64,000 nucleotides of DNA from contig NC_087436.1 in NCBI RefSeq assembly GCF_036321535.1, positions 29,762,001 to 29,826,000 of the forward strand. The letters run 5' to 3'. This DNA is from Camelus dromedarius (Eukaryota). The position numbers and the translations under genes were made by a program. This document shows, piece after piece, positions 13,630 through 26,600 of this stretch (its first letter is position 1; each line of letters opens with the position of its first letter). The notes beneath the pieces were generated by a model that was not told the DNA's origin, made no database searches, and saw only the letters and a program-made list of their open reading frames with translations.

Positions 13630-14081
13630 CTCAAAGAGAGAAAAAAAAATCACAAAACCAATTTCCAAGTAGGATTATCCAAGATTGTTCTAAAATATGT
13701 CACCTCTTAATTTCTAATTTGTAACAACAGGCAAAAAAATGCACAATAATTATTTTAAACTTTGGTTTTATTCAAATGCTGATGATCGAAACATTTAAAA
13801 AAGCAATGAAACTGTTTTGAAAAATAGAAGTGAACTGGTAATTGTTTTGGGTTTATATGACTTTATGTGAGGTTCTTTTCAATATAGAACATGGCTAAAC
13901 AGAAATTCGCACATACTCTATTTACCTAAAAGATATAGTAATTTGGGAGAAAGCTTAAAATAATCTATCCTTTCATATAATTGTCATTCAACTGGAATAT
14001 TATGCATCCTTAAAAGGATGCATTATTTTTCCAAGGGGTATACATCCACAGAGAGTATTTTAAAGGAATATTTTCAGGAAC

Positions 14082-14520
14082 TGTGGAGGATCTGAGATTA
14101 TACCTTACTATCAAGCATATATGTAGCCTGCCTCATGGACACTGGCAGAAGACACATGACTCCTTGCTCAGAGACTAAGGACTTTATTATTGCAGCAGGG
14201 CACAGTTGCATGGGCCTCATGTTCATGTTGGCTCCTCTTTCCTCAAGACCAATGGAGGTGATGCTGATGGGCTCTAGTGGATGCTGTACACACAGTTTGA
14301 GTTACAGCTGAGGAATGTCAAGTATAGGTAACCCAAATCTTTATTACTTGGGCAGCAAGCAAGCCTGTGTGATGTCTTCTATGGAAGGGAACACTTTTTA
14401 TTATACTCGAAAATAAGAAAATCTGTTCCCTGGTCTATAAACACTGTCTTGGTCTTCCCAGGCTGACCACTACTTAGACATCTTTGAAAAGATGGTATAG
14501 AAAAATTACAACTAGTGCTT
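14082..14520 (-). mobile_element. ERVL LTR (LTR40-like)
   Basis: tgtggaggatctgagattatacc...ctggcagaagacacatgactccttgctcagagactaaggactttatta. Confidence 0.55.
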
Positions 14521-15692
14521 CTACTCATAAAATGCACAGAAACACAAGAGGCCAACTGAGAATTATCTCTCAAGAAATATATTTTCATATTTCTCGCTTG
14601 TTCTTTCATAATGCTGAAAGGCCTAAGAAAGTACTTGTACTCAAGATTCATATGATTTTTCATTACCAAATTGTTTTCCTTTTGGAAACAAAGACTGAAA
14701 AACAGTACAATAACCAAATTCGCTTTGAAGTCCACAAGCAGTTTGTGTTGTATGTCCCTATAATTATGTGTCACCTGTGGCCCCATCTCTTTTACTGAAG
14801 TACCTGGCACTTCTCTATATTCAAACTTGTGTAAGCAAACTGATGTATAAGGTATATAAAACTCCCATCATCAAGTTATTAAGTTATAGTAACAAATAAA
14901 ATGCAATTCAAATATATTAAAATAATGCTTGGGACCCTACATTTCAGCGTCTTTATGATCTAGAGTTCTTCACCTGTACTTACTAACAAATTTCAAGTGT
15001 GGAATATCTTGCTAATAAAACTAAATATCAGTTTTCAGGCTAAATTTTAAAGAAATAATGCTTAAAATTACATCTAACCAATGCAAACTCTGTTTTCATT
15101 AATTTCATTCAGAAGTATAGGATTAATTATGACATATAGATTTATATGGATGTTGATAATGAAAACTTTTTATGTGCTTGAAGGACAACATAACTTAGTA
15201 AATGAATATATTGATTTGCCTTCTTCTTCACCTTCTCAGCCACATTTCCATGAATTCTTCCTTAATCACCATGAATTCTCTCTTATCTAACTATTGTGTC
15301 TAAAATAAATTATCAGCAACATGAACCATTTGCTACATGAGAGCTATATCACATGAGATACATGATGTGAGATACAATTAATAATAAACAGATTCTATCC
15401 TTAAATTCTATAAATCTATGAGGATTTAAATTATAACTATGTCACAGAGCAAGTAACCTATCTCCCTATTAATGATATCCTATAAAAGCAATATATCTGC
15501 ACTAATTAATTATACCTGAAGTAACAACTATGGCTTAATTAAGTGTACCATTCCTAATAAATGAAATCTTAAAATAATTGGAAGTTTCTGTCTAGAAGCT
15601 GTGATAATTATTGTCATTAGACAGGGAATCAAACCTGGCCACACTAAGCAAAACCGATTCACAAATGACACTGAACCTGAGATTACCTAGGA

Positions 15693-15915
15693 CAGTCGTT
15701 CACAAACCTTTCTGTGAAGGGTCAGCCACTAAGTATATTAGACAATGTGTATCACAGAGTCTCTGTCACAGTTACTCAAATCTGTCATTGTAGCACATAA
15801 GTAGCAACAGACAGCATGTAAAAATAATGATGTCACTCTATTCCAATAAAGCTTTATTTACCAAAACAGGTCATGGGCCTGCTTAGCCCTGTTGTTTGCA
15901 GTTTGATGACCTTCA
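15693..15915 (+). mobile_element. MER58A (hAT-Charlie) DNA transposon
   Basis: aaacctttctgtgaagggtcag...gtctctgtcacagttactcaa...ttccaataaagctttattta. Confidence 0.75.
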
Positions 15916-16270
15916 ATGTAGGATAACGTCCTTACTATATTTACTACATTTCTGTATTTTCTAGTACTGTAATCTAGGTTCTTGTCCTTATCTCTCAACT
16001 TTGATGCTTAAGTTTCAAAAATTCTTGTCATATATAATGTTTTAATAAATTGCACTGAAATATATTTAGCACACATTTTTCTTTGTCTTAAAATTTAGCA
16101 GTTTTGAGATATTACATTCAGTTACACAGAGCTTTAGACACTATGAAAAGGCATCTTGCTTTTGTAAATAAAAGATAAGGGTGGCCACAATGGAACTGCA
16201 CAATATGACTCATGATTCATTCAAAAAGAAGTAGAGATTGAGTACAGGAGTAATAGAGTGCATGAATTAC

Positions 16271-16314
16271 TTCCTTAATGTAAGCCCCCATGTCATTTTA
16301 TGAACCTGTAATTT
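16271..16314 (-). pseudogene. Pseudo-exon (44 nt, phase 0->2, open)
   Basis: ctttctatcctaaag|AAATTAC...AGGAA|gtaatt; KLQVHKMTWGLTLR. Confidence 0.5.
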
Positions 16315-16447
16315 CTTTAGGATAGAAAGTTTGGAAATAGATAAGACGTAAATTTTACAACTTCTTATCTGATATATGAATGTCTTTTTATGCCACACCA
16401 AGTGTCTGCTCTCATTCAGTGTCTACTGATCATTGTTTTCCACTTAC

Positions 16448-16503
16448 AATACTAAGAATCCACTGTGCTGTGTCTTCTTTTCTGTTTTTTTGTATCTCAC
16501 GCA
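16448..16503 (-). pseudogene. Pseudo-exon (56 nt, phase 1->0, open)
   Basis: gtatattag|TGCGTG...AGTATT|gtaagt; (V)REIQKNRKEDTAQWILSI. Confidence 0.6.
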
Positions 16504-16860
16504 CTAATATACACTCAAAATTAATATCCATTGACAGTAAAGCAAGTAAGATTAATCCAGGAAGTATTATGAAAAAAATGGTGTGAAATGTATCTACCAA
16601 GTGACAAATCTTTCTCCCGTAGGATTTACATGGTTACTATAGTCAGTCTTTCTCCCTTCCGCATCATTATTTCCACTTTTCTGTCATTACTATCCTCATA
16701 TGAAGATGTTTTTATCTTCCACATTTCAAAAAATAAAACTTCTCCTTATCTCACATGTTCCACAAGTACTGAACCATTTCTTAGTTCTCCTTCAGAGCAA
16801 AACTTCTTTTAAAAAGCTTTTTAGAAAGTACAACGCCTAACAGAAGCAAGAGAAGGCATC

Positions 16861-17326
16861 TGTGTTAGGCTGAATGATAGTCTCCAAAGATACCCAGGTC
16901 ATAGCCCCTGCAATCAGTAAATGATACACTATATGGTAAAGGAGACTTGCAGATGTGATTAGGTTAAACATCTTGTGATGGGAGATGATCATAAATTATT
17001 TTGGTGAGTCTTAAACACAAATGTAAGTGTCATAAGAGTGATGGAGAGGAATATTTGACACTGACAACAGAAGGTGATGTGAGGATTGGAAGTGGAGAGA
17101 GATTTGAAGATGGTATACTGCTGCCTTGAAGATGCAGGAGGGGATCATAAGTCAAGAAATGCAGCCTACAAGTTGGAAAAGGCAAGGGGTAGTTTCTCCC
17201 TGGAGTCTCTGAAGGGAGCATGGTCCTGCTGACACCTTGGTGGAACTGATTTTGTATTTTTGACTTCCATATTAAAAAAAAAATAAGTTTGCATTAGTCT
17301 ATTACAACAGCTATAGGAAACTAACA
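16861..17326 (+). mobile_element. MLT1D/C-like MaLR LTR
   Basis: tgtgttaggctgaat...ttgcagatgtgattaggttaa...cagctataggaaactaaca. Confidence 0.85.
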
Positions 17327-17699
17327 TAACACTTTTTCTTATTCATAGATGTAAAGGGAGGTCTTTTAACATTTCACATTATAGCATAAACCACTTATAA
17401 AACTTTCAAAAGATATTTTTTATCAGGTTAATAACGTGCTTTTTAATTCTAGTTTAATAAAAGTATATATATCATGAATTTTAACAAAGTTATTCTGAAT
17501 CTATGTATGTTAAGATATACATTTTATGTATCTGATTGAGATGAGATTTTTCTCATTTAAACTGAGAATGTAGGAAAAACACACTTTTAAATTAGGTCTC
17601 AGTTATAAAAATTAGATTGATTATTACCTTGGATTTATGACATGCTTTTTTCCTATGCCCATTCAAGGTCAGCTTTTAAATGTAGTTGATTAATTATTT

Positions 17700-18320
17700 A
17701 ACAGTATAAGGGGCACCCAGAACGCACCATTTCACGTGAAAGCTAAAACCTGGAGAAGAACCACATGTAACCATGTAGTTCCCTGCTCCCATGCCAGCCA
17801 CTGTGCTGTCACTGAACAACAACTTCTTTCCACCGGCTGAAATCTAAGATCAGCCTCAGCCTCCCATCTATTGTTTTCTGTGGGGCTTCTAGAGGCCTTA
17901 CCTTGTACCTGCGTGTTTCTGAAGTGGGCCACACACAAGGAGACTTGTACGTATTTAGCCTTCTTCTCTGTGGTTCTCTGTGGTTACTGCCTTCTTCGAA
18001 ATTAGTCCCATGAGTTCCGTACACATTGGGTGCCTCAGACTCTGATCTCTCCATTTCCTCAGCATGGGAAAACTTCCCTTTCTGCTTACGCACTCTTTTT
18101 CACATCAGTATTTGGGAAGTACTGTTAGGAAAAAAAAAAATTAGAAATGAAATTTATCTGTAGGCTTATTTCGTCTTAATAATAAACCACCTCAAGCTCT
18201 GTATGGGTTGGTTATTCTCCAATGCCTTCAAACAATTTTGCCCAGCTTTTATAGCAGTCTTCAGTGTGTGGCCTTGTTCACTGCGAGCTACTTTATCAGG
18301 GCCTGAACCTGAAACCCTCT
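17700..18320 (-). mobile_element. L1M (MC/MD) 5' region
   Basis: ttgcccagcttttatagcagtcttcagtg...gagctactttatcagggcctgaacc resembles the antisense L1MC 5' terminus. Confidence 0.5.
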
Positions 18321-19002
18321 AATACGTATTTAAATGGATAGTTGTTAACAGTTTATGTTGCATTCCTTGTTTTTCTAATGAAAGTTTTTAGGTTTTCTAT
18401 TTTGCCATAATTCTGAAATTAAGGACCCATTTATCTTATTTTAATCATTTTCTTATCCATAATTTTAATGTTCTTTTAACAGCTGCCGATAACTTATACA
18501 TGTGCACTACTCACACTTCCCAAAGTCTTAGCAGTATTTCAAATAATGACAACTTCCTCCTCTTCAAAACATTTTCCTTTATGGATTTTCTTAAAAATAC
18601 ACCAAACTGGAATTCTGCTTACCACTCTCAATTTTTTATTCTCAGCTTAATTTTGACAGGTTTTTCTTGGCTTATTTTGTATTAATATCTACTGTCTGCC
18701 TAAACTTTTGGTTGGGTGATTTACCGAAAAAAACATTATTTTAAATGCCTATATGTTAATAACTCCCACATTTTTATTCCCACCTCTAACTTTTCTCAAA
18801 GTTTCAGACTCTGAAGTGATGTTTACTTACCACTTTTCATTTCTCTCACGTAAGAAACTAATAGCTCTGTTCTTTCTTTCTCCAAAGCATATCTCAAATG
18901 CATTTGCTTCCTTCTATTCCCATTTCCACTGTTACTATCACGGTACTATCATCATCATATCTCCATTCAAGACTGGTACAATACATCCATTCCTTTTCCC
19001 TA

Positions 19003-19442
19003 AGATTGATTCTTCAAAGAGTAATGGCAAAGAGAACAAGAGCCAGATGGTAGTTAAAAGGGTAAAGATACATTTTATTCAGAAATTATAGCAGTAGGGT
19101 AATAGAGGCTTCAGTATAGAAATGAGCTCACTCCAAATACAACAAAGAAAAGCGAGACTTTATAGCCAAAGAGCAAAGTGGGAGGTCAGTAGATAGAAAA
19201 ATATTACAAAGAGACATCAAGGGTAGGGGGATTCTTGCCAAACCAACAGAATTCTTGCTGCCGGTTGGCCAGAGAGATCAGATAGCAAAGGTGATCAGAT
19301 ACCAGTGGTGAGGACATTCTCTCTAAACTGGTTTAGTAGGAAGCTTGCAAAAACCAGGTTATGCTGGCCTGGCAAGGGTGGGGCTAAAAAGCCTAATGGA
19401 GAAGAGGGTAGAGAAGTCTGGTCGAAGAGAAAGTCTTTACCA
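19003..19442 (-). mobile_element. ERV1 LTR (MER31/MER67-like)
   Basis: attttattcag...actttatagccaaagagcaaagtgggaggtcagtagatagaaaa...ttctctctaaactggtttagtaggaagcttgc. Confidence 0.6.
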
Positions 19443-21169
19443 GTAACTACAGTATTTTTTAAATTGAAAGTTAGGCTCGTTCACATTCTCCAATTACTTT
19501 CTATTGGATGAATTATGTTAAAATCCAGTTTAAATATATATATTTCTCCTTTCATTTTCTGTCATTTCTGCTCTCTGAAAGTTGTAATTTTGCTTCACAA
19601 ACTTATTATCTGAGAAGAGCGCTATTGGATCTTCCTTTTACTTTAACCCTTTCTGAATTGCTCTGTTTAGGTATGTATCTTGCACACAGAATGAATCAGA
19701 TTCTGCTTCATTAGCCAATCTGAAAATACTGAATGATGAGCTATGTCCATTTATATCTCTGATATACTTAGTAAGCTGGTTTTCAGTTCTGTCATGATAT
19801 TTTTTTACAATATAAATTACACGTACAAAATCTTACATTATATTTACATTTTGGAGTTTTAGGGGGTATTTATAATTGTTTCTGTATCTATTCTTGCTTA
19901 TCATATAGTCTTATATAATAAAATATATTAGTCTTCCAATGTATTTTAATATTCTCTATTGTTTTTTTCAATGAATGATAATGTTCTCTAGTAACCTCTT
20001 TATTCTCCCTCCTTTTTGCCTAACATTTTTATTTACTTACTATCCTTTCAATGGCTGTTAGATATTGCCAAAACATTAATATTCTTCTTTCATTTATCTT
20101 TCCCTTTTCTTCAATTTTTTGTGTATTGTAATATCTCTACCTTTTTTAGTATATTTAGCAGTAGCATAATTTAGTCTTATTGCAAAATTTAACATATGTA
20201 ATAATTATCTACAGGTTTCATGCTATGCTTGTCTGAACTGAATGTTGTCAGTAACTAGGAAATTGCTCAGAAAGTGATCAAAGGAAAAGCATTTCCAAAG
20301 TTCCCAAATGTCCCCGATGCTCTGTATTCCTTAGATATGATGCACAGTTTAAATGAATGGCATATAATTTGGCTACCTTGTTCTTTCTTTCATAATCATT
20401 AAAACAATTCTTCATTACCTTCCTGTGTAAAATGTTGCTCTCAAGAAGACTGTTGCCAATATTAATTTTCTACCTTTTACTGACTTTCTGAAATAATTTA
20501 TATTATCGTATTATTTGAATTTTCATCTTTAGAAAGAAGAAACTATTACATATTCATTGCTCTCCTTTGCCTACATTCTATATTCAGGATATTCTTCCCA
20601 ATTTGTTTAATCTCTCCATTTCTGGTTTGCATATTCACTTGTATTTTTTTCTCTATATCTTTTGCTATGTTTCACATAATTTCTACTGATTTGATTTGAT
20701 GTTCCTTTTAAATGTCTTTAACTGAAAATTGTCTTCCTTCTCTTACCTCTACTCTTCTCACCCTCTACCAGACTACTGCTTTCTTTCCTTCTGTCTCACT
20801 CTCTTTCTGATTCTCTGATTAATTTTTATTTTGTTCCCAGTGTTTTTCTTCAGAGTAGATTTTTTTTTCCCTTAGGGTTGAGTAATTTTGGTGATTTCTG
20901 GTTGTGGTCTATGAAAGGTCTTGTAGGACCTTTCAATACTTCCCTTTATCTTAATTTTACCTTTGCCATCAGCCCTGAGCAGTGCTGCCCCATTCTACTA
21001 AGGATTTGGCTAATTACTATATTTTGAGCTTTATATTGATTACTTGTCATCTACATTTGTTGATGATTTTACCCTGGGTTTTTCCATTATGTTTCCAAAC
21101 AACTCTGCTTGGTTTTCCCAGTTGATCCAGCCATATGTTAAGTAAAAAGATATATATAAATACCGATAC

Positions 21170-21230
21170 CATAGGATGTTGTTGAAAGTCTCTCCAGTTT
21201 ATTTTATTTAATTTTCTCATTAACAATAAC
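21170..21230 (-). pseudogene. Pseudo-exon (61 nt, phase 0->1; alternative acceptor at 21237)
   Basis: ttttgttgttgcagagcatag|GTTATT...CCTATG|gtatcg; VIVNEKIK*NKLERLSTTSY. Confidence 0.5.
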
Positions 21231-21707
21231 CTATGCTCTGCAACAACAAAATAATCTCACTTTCAGGCAGTACTCAGCAAAATATAGTGCAGGTAATATC
21301 TCAGTATACTTGACGTTATCTTTTACATGAAAATAAGTAATTGTGAAACACTTCTGGTTGGCCGTTGCCTTAGTATACTATTTTTTTTTTTAGATGAAGT
21401 AGTAAAAACTAAATAAAATATGGCTTTTCTCAGAGAAAATATTTATCTCTAATGCAGTAGGAAAATAGTATCTATAGACTGAATGAATTTATCTCCCTTT
21501 AGGCTTAAATAAGAAATGGGTCTTATTTCTCATTGGCTTGTTTATATCCTAGGTTCTGATTCATATAATTACCCACTTTTATTGGCTCCCATATTATATC
21601 TTACTTTGATACTCTAGAAGCAAAAATATTTTTACAGTCTCTATTCAGCATTTACTGTGATTCCTTATTATGTTATTTGCTTAGCACAGATGTGATGCTG
21701 ATTGTAC

Positions 21708-21893
21708 TTCTCATTTTTTCATGACAAAAGAAGCAGAAATAAGATCTCTGGGAATTGGCTCTATGATATGGTTAATTGACACTAATATTAGCCTTGTGTT
21801 CTTCATCAATAAGATGGGAATATAGTAAAAACAGCAAGCCCCAACTGCATTCATGTGAAAAAAAAGTTGTTTTATGACTGCTTCTTGAAGCAT
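21708..21893 (-). pseudogene. Pseudo-exon (186 nt, phase 0->0)
   Basis: gtttcttataccag|ATGCTT...GAGAA|gtacaa; MLQEAVIKQLFFHMNAVGACCFYYIPILLMKNTRLILVSINHIIEPIPRDLISASFVMKK*E (ORF track 21711..21893). Confidence 0.6.
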
Positions 21894-22370
21894 CTGGTAT
21901 AAGAAACATATCTGTCTTTCAGATCCTTCAGAACAGTTTTCATAATAAATAGTTTACATATATTAGTTGTAATAGGTATTATATGATCCCTTACTAAATT
22001 TATTCTTCATATTCTTAAAATATATCTTCATAATGCTGATTTGCATAAAAGGGAATTTTTCTTCTATCGCATGAATTTAAGTATACATTTCTACACCCAT
22101 GAATGCCAGAAAGCAAAATCATAACAAGCTATTTCATGGGAATTCATTTTCTCAAAACATACCCTCTACATTTAAGGAAATGAAAATCTTTTCACACTCT
22201 GACTATATGCTTAAAGTTTTTTCAACAACATTGTGTAGACAACCAGTTTAAATTATCATCAATAACAAAACACACATTTGTAACCAATACAATATTAAAG
22301 ACAAAGGAAGGCATCATTTGAAAATGGAAATTTTACAGTACTTAGAGTTGTTAATGTCTCAGGTACTCAC

Positions 22371-22422
22371 GAGCACATAATTGGAAAAAGATGTTTACTT
22401 TTTGATAGGCAATTTTTTTAAC
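22371..22422 (-). pseudogene. Pseudo-exon (52 nt, phase 2->0)
   Basis: tcattttcatag|GTTAAA...GTGCTC|gtgagt; LKKLPIKK*TSFSNYVL. Confidence 0.65.
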
Positions 22423-22790
22423 CTATGAAAATGATAATATCTGTATCACTTCTTTTGTGAGAAAATGTTAACAGGATAGTATATCTTCTGTATAAAGGCT
22501 ATAAAATACCATACAGAATATTTATGTTACTTTTACTATATGCTAATACAAAAATCTGTTTGATTTCTTCATTAATTTTGTGCTTATTTTGATGTTTATA
22601 AATACAGTAATTCTAAAGTTAAAACTTGACTATTTTCTTGATTATGGAGAAACATTTGAACACACAAAAATAAAATTTTTTATTGCCTTTTACATAGGTC
22701 CTGAAAAGAGGATTAGAAAAAGACATGTCAAAAACTTAAGAGACAGAAACAGCTTTTTTTCTGTTGCTGTTAAATTTAATGAAATCTTAC

Positions 22791-22836
22791 ATTATTCGAC
22801 TGGCAAGTCTCATTTCTTTGAGTGTCTCAGTGAAGA
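22791..22836 (-). pseudogene. Pseudo-exon (46 nt, phase 1->2, open)
   Basis: atttttgacag|TCTTCA...GAATAAT|gtaaga; FTETLKEMRLASRI(M). Confidence 0.65.
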
Positions 22837-23759
22837 CTGTCAAAAATCATCAAAATTCAACACAACAGAGTAAAAGCTAATAGTCTTTTTGTTATACCAA
22901 AACTAAAAGGATTGGTAAGACTCAAAATGAAATGCTATTACTGAAAATCTTCTTTTATCTAATGCTTTGTGCAGTGAGTGAAAATTGAACAAATACATAC
23001 TCTTTCATGGTGTTAAAATGAATTCTGACACTATTAAACAAATATTCTTTGTTCCTAAAACCTCTTCAATACCTTTTCCACAAGTAGCATTATTAGAATA
23101 TCCTATGTGGTTTTATTCCATAATATTCTGACTACCCAGATAAATTTTTCTATAAAATAAAAATTAAGGATTCTCTTTAAAAAAATACTACAGCATGAAC
23201 TTTTGGGTGGTTACCATCTTAGAGGAAGTTATATTGTAATTATCCTTTCATAATCGCTAATGTAACTGACATCACTTCTTCTGCCCCCTTCCCAGAAGTT
23301 CCTACCCAAATAACAAAAAAGGCAATAAGATAAAATACATGGCAAGCAAAGATCTCAAATACATTCGTATTTCTAAGAAATTAAAGCAGTTAAAGAGCTA
23401 TGATATAATCCATATTTTTTGCTTTATTGACAACTAAAGCAAAATTCCAAACAATGATGAAAATATAAATCTTAGGGAAATAGTAAATCACAATGGTAAG
23501 CCAAGTGAGTATTATCACAAAAGACTTCTCCTTTGGAACAACACTGTATGTGAAGTCTATTTCAAAATTTTCATTCGTTTATTTACACGCACTTGTTTGT
23601 TTATTTATTTAACATATACTTTTTGAGTATGAAACATACATCAGTCATTATTACAGATGCTTAGCCAATCTGCCAGAAAGTGAAACATGCCACAGAAAGA
23701 AAAAGCAAATGCATACATATATTGGGTATATTGAGTATATAGCAAAGTGTCTCACTCTT

Positions 23760-25270
23760 AGAGAAAAAGCTGCCTCTCGATATTAGACAGAAGAGTTACA
23801 GTAAGAATGAGGGTAGACTAGAATAAACCTTGTAGTATTTGATTAGAACCAGAGATGCCAGTTTGCACTTATGTGCTTTTGTTTTTCTTAACATAGAAAG
23901 ACAGAAACGGATATAAAAAGAAACAGACACGCAGACATGTTTATGTGTGTGTATATACATATACGTTTCTTAGCTTTAACAACTGAGAAGACCTAGAAGC
24001 AGTAAAACTCTAATAGCAATGAGCATTCCTGTACTCTGGATTCACAGTATTCTCCAATTAAAGGAACCATGACCCCTTGAAGCAATAAGTGATTCCAATG
24101 CTGGAGAAAAGAAGAACAAGATGAGTCTGGACAATTTTTTTTTTTTTTGTATTTTATTCTTTCTGGGGTGGGGAGAGGTAATTAGTTTCATTTATGTATT
24201 TATTTTAATGGAGGTACTGGGGATTGAACCCAGGACCTCATGCATGCTAGGCATGTGCTCTAGTACTAAGCTATACCTTCCCCTCTGGAGAAATTTTTGA
24301 TATAAAAAAAGAAGATCTCAAGAAATAAAACTGACATGCCAAAGAATATTGGAGCTAACTCAAAGTTGCTTTCAGTAGCCAAAATTGAAAGAATTTGAGC
24401 AGGAAAAAAAAGATGGTAATATATTACTAAGGATAAGTAAACCAAATACACATGGATTCATACTGATATAAATTAATAATGAATAAATAAATGAAAGGGG
24501 AAAAGAGAAAGTTCTCCCATATAGTAGAGTTCTAATTAATAAATGTAGAAGAAATAATGGAAATAGAAACTCCATACTCAGAAAATACCATATCATTGTT
24601 TCAGGAAAGAGTGCTAAAATTAGTGGGTGATATTATGATGAGAAACAGGATATTTACATAGTCTCCTAATTATCTCCCAACAAAATACTTATTTAAAAAT
24701 TATCACTTTAAAATAGAGAAATCTGATGGACAGCATCTTAACCAAGTAATTAGAGTTAACATCACCAGAAATGGGACATGGTGCTGTCATGTGCCCCCTG
24801 ATACAATGCACTGAGAAAGGCAAGCTCAGCACTGGGGTACTTTTGTTATCCCATACATATCTGAATTTAAGCATAAGGAAACATCAGAAAATCTCAAATT
24901 TCAGAATAATCTACAAAATAACATGTTAGTACTCTTCAAAAGTATCAAGGTCATGAAAGACAAAGAAAAACTGAGGAACTGCTGTAGAATAAAAAAGACA
25001 AAAGAAATGTAGCAATTAAATACAGTAGATGACCTGGTTTTGATCCTGGTCAAAGATCATTAGTTGAAGCATTAACAAAATAATTGCATAAGGAATGTAG
25101 ATTAATATCTAATACCTTATCAATTCTCTAATTTTAATAACTTCATGCTATATATGATGTTAATATTTGGGGAAGCTGGGTGAAGACTATATAGGAATTT
25201 TTTGCAATAGTTTTACAAATTTTTGCAAGTCTGAAATTATTTCAAGATAAAAATTGTAAAATAATTTAAA
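23760..25270 (+). mobile_element. L1MC3/4-type 3' region, interrupted by a SINE
   Basis: gagaaatctgatggacagcatcttaaccaagtaattagagttaacatcacc...gggaagctgggtgaagactatatagg...tctgaaattatttcaag. Confidence 0.8.
24135..24283 (-). mobile_element. Camelid tRNA-derived SINE (Vic-1-like)
   Basis: Reverse complement ggggaaggtatagcttagtactagagcacatgcctagcatgcatgaggtcctgggttcaatccccagtacctcca, with A/B-box-like motifs and an A-rich tail; imperfect TSD tctgga(c/ga)aattttt. Confidence 0.85.
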
Positions 25271-25359
25271 AAATAGTATTTCTTAATCTTCTTAAGCACT
25301 GTAGTAACTTAAGAAATTTATGCTATATCTTTGAGTGCTTTTATTTTACAGTGTCTAAA

Positions 25360-26600
25360 CACAAAATAAGTATAAACAAATGAGCAAAAAAAAAGTGACA
25401 GAATGTGATGAAAACTCTCAAGAAACAAACCATGTCTGTAATAGCAAACAACTGGTGACATGGAGTAAGGCAAGGCCTCTCTAAGAAAATGAAATGTAAA
25501 ATGATTTAAGATGGAAAGAAATGACTGATTGAACAGCCAAAACAGTGAGTCTTCTAAAGCAACGTACTACCTTGTGCAAAGTCCCTGATATGGGAAAACT
25601 TCTGTTCTAAGAATCAAAATAGGCTTGATTCACAAAGAGTTGGGGCACTGAGTGGTGACTATGGGTAGAGAGTGGGGCAGGGCTAAAATCATGGAGAGAT
25701 TTTGCTTCCCTGAAAAGTTCTTTTAACTATATTTAAAATGTAATTAAGGGTTTGAGGCAGAGAAGGGAAAGCATCTTAGTTATAGTGAAAAAAAAAAAAA
25801 AAAAAGGAAAGAAAAAAACTCAAGTAAGGATGATTTTTCATGAGAACAAGAATAAACACAGTAAAACCAGTTAGAAAACTATTTAAGTAAAGGCATCCAA
25901 AGATAAAAAGATGGTGTCTTTGTTAAGTATAATGGAAGATACATTTAAGAGATGTTGATGTTCGAAGAACAAGAACTACTGATGAGTAGGATTAGGGAGT
26001 GTTAGATATGATAAAATCAGTAATAGTGTCAGCTGAGGTAGAAAAAAAAATAAAATTTGAAGCAAAGAATCAAGATTCTGTTTAAAAGAGTATGAATTTG
26101 AGTTGCCCATGAAACATTCCAGGTGAAATACTGAATAAGTAGATGACTGTATCAGAATTTATCAAGGTTTGAAATATTCTAAGAAGCCATCATCATACGA
26201 ATAGCCTTTAAACACACAGGAATGCATGATAACACAAAGGGAGAAAAGGGGAGAAGAAATACTTCCAGTAGAGAAGAAAGAAGTTGACTAGAAGGATTAA
26301 AGACAGTGCAAGAAATACTAGAGGAGATTTGCTAAATAATTATTTTGTTGTTGTCTTCTTTGAAGGGAAGATTAAAAATAGGGTGGTAACTGGAGGGAAA
26401 GAGGTTAAAAAAAAACTTTCAACAAGAAAAGAGATACTTGTTAATGAGAACAATCTAGTAGAGTAAGAGGCAGAGTTGAGAGACAGGAAGTCGATAGAAG
26501 GAACAGTTCTGTCATGAACACAAGAAAAAAGAAGAAAAGAGGAGCACATTTAGCCAAGTTGCAAAACTTATGATGGAAAAATGAGGCTATTCCTGACTGA
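25360..26600 (-). mobile_element. L2 fragments
   Basis: Purine-rich antisense L2 motifs (ttgtgcaaagtccctga..., tttgagttgcccatgaaacattccaggtgaaata). Confidence 0.6.

Noticed and set aside
14379..14810. Antiparallel ORFs of 143 aa and 104 aa
   Set aside because: Non-ATG starts, partial overlap with an LTR, no recognisable domain or splice context.
17700..18140. GC-richer stretch followed by an A-run as a processed pseudogene
   Set aside because: No recognisable ORF or TSD; better explained as an antisense L1M 5' region.
21708..21893. Faint resemblance of KNTRLILVSINHIIEPIPRDL to AAA+ clamp-loader sensor-1 or BRCT C-terminal motifs
   Set aside because: No Walker A/B or BRCT signature residues. 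The similarity is too weak to assign by eye, so no gene symbol was given.
24205..24283. tRNA-like sequence (also 47935-48004)
   Set aside because: It is the head of a tRNA-derived SINE with an A-rich tail and TSD, not a tRNA gene.
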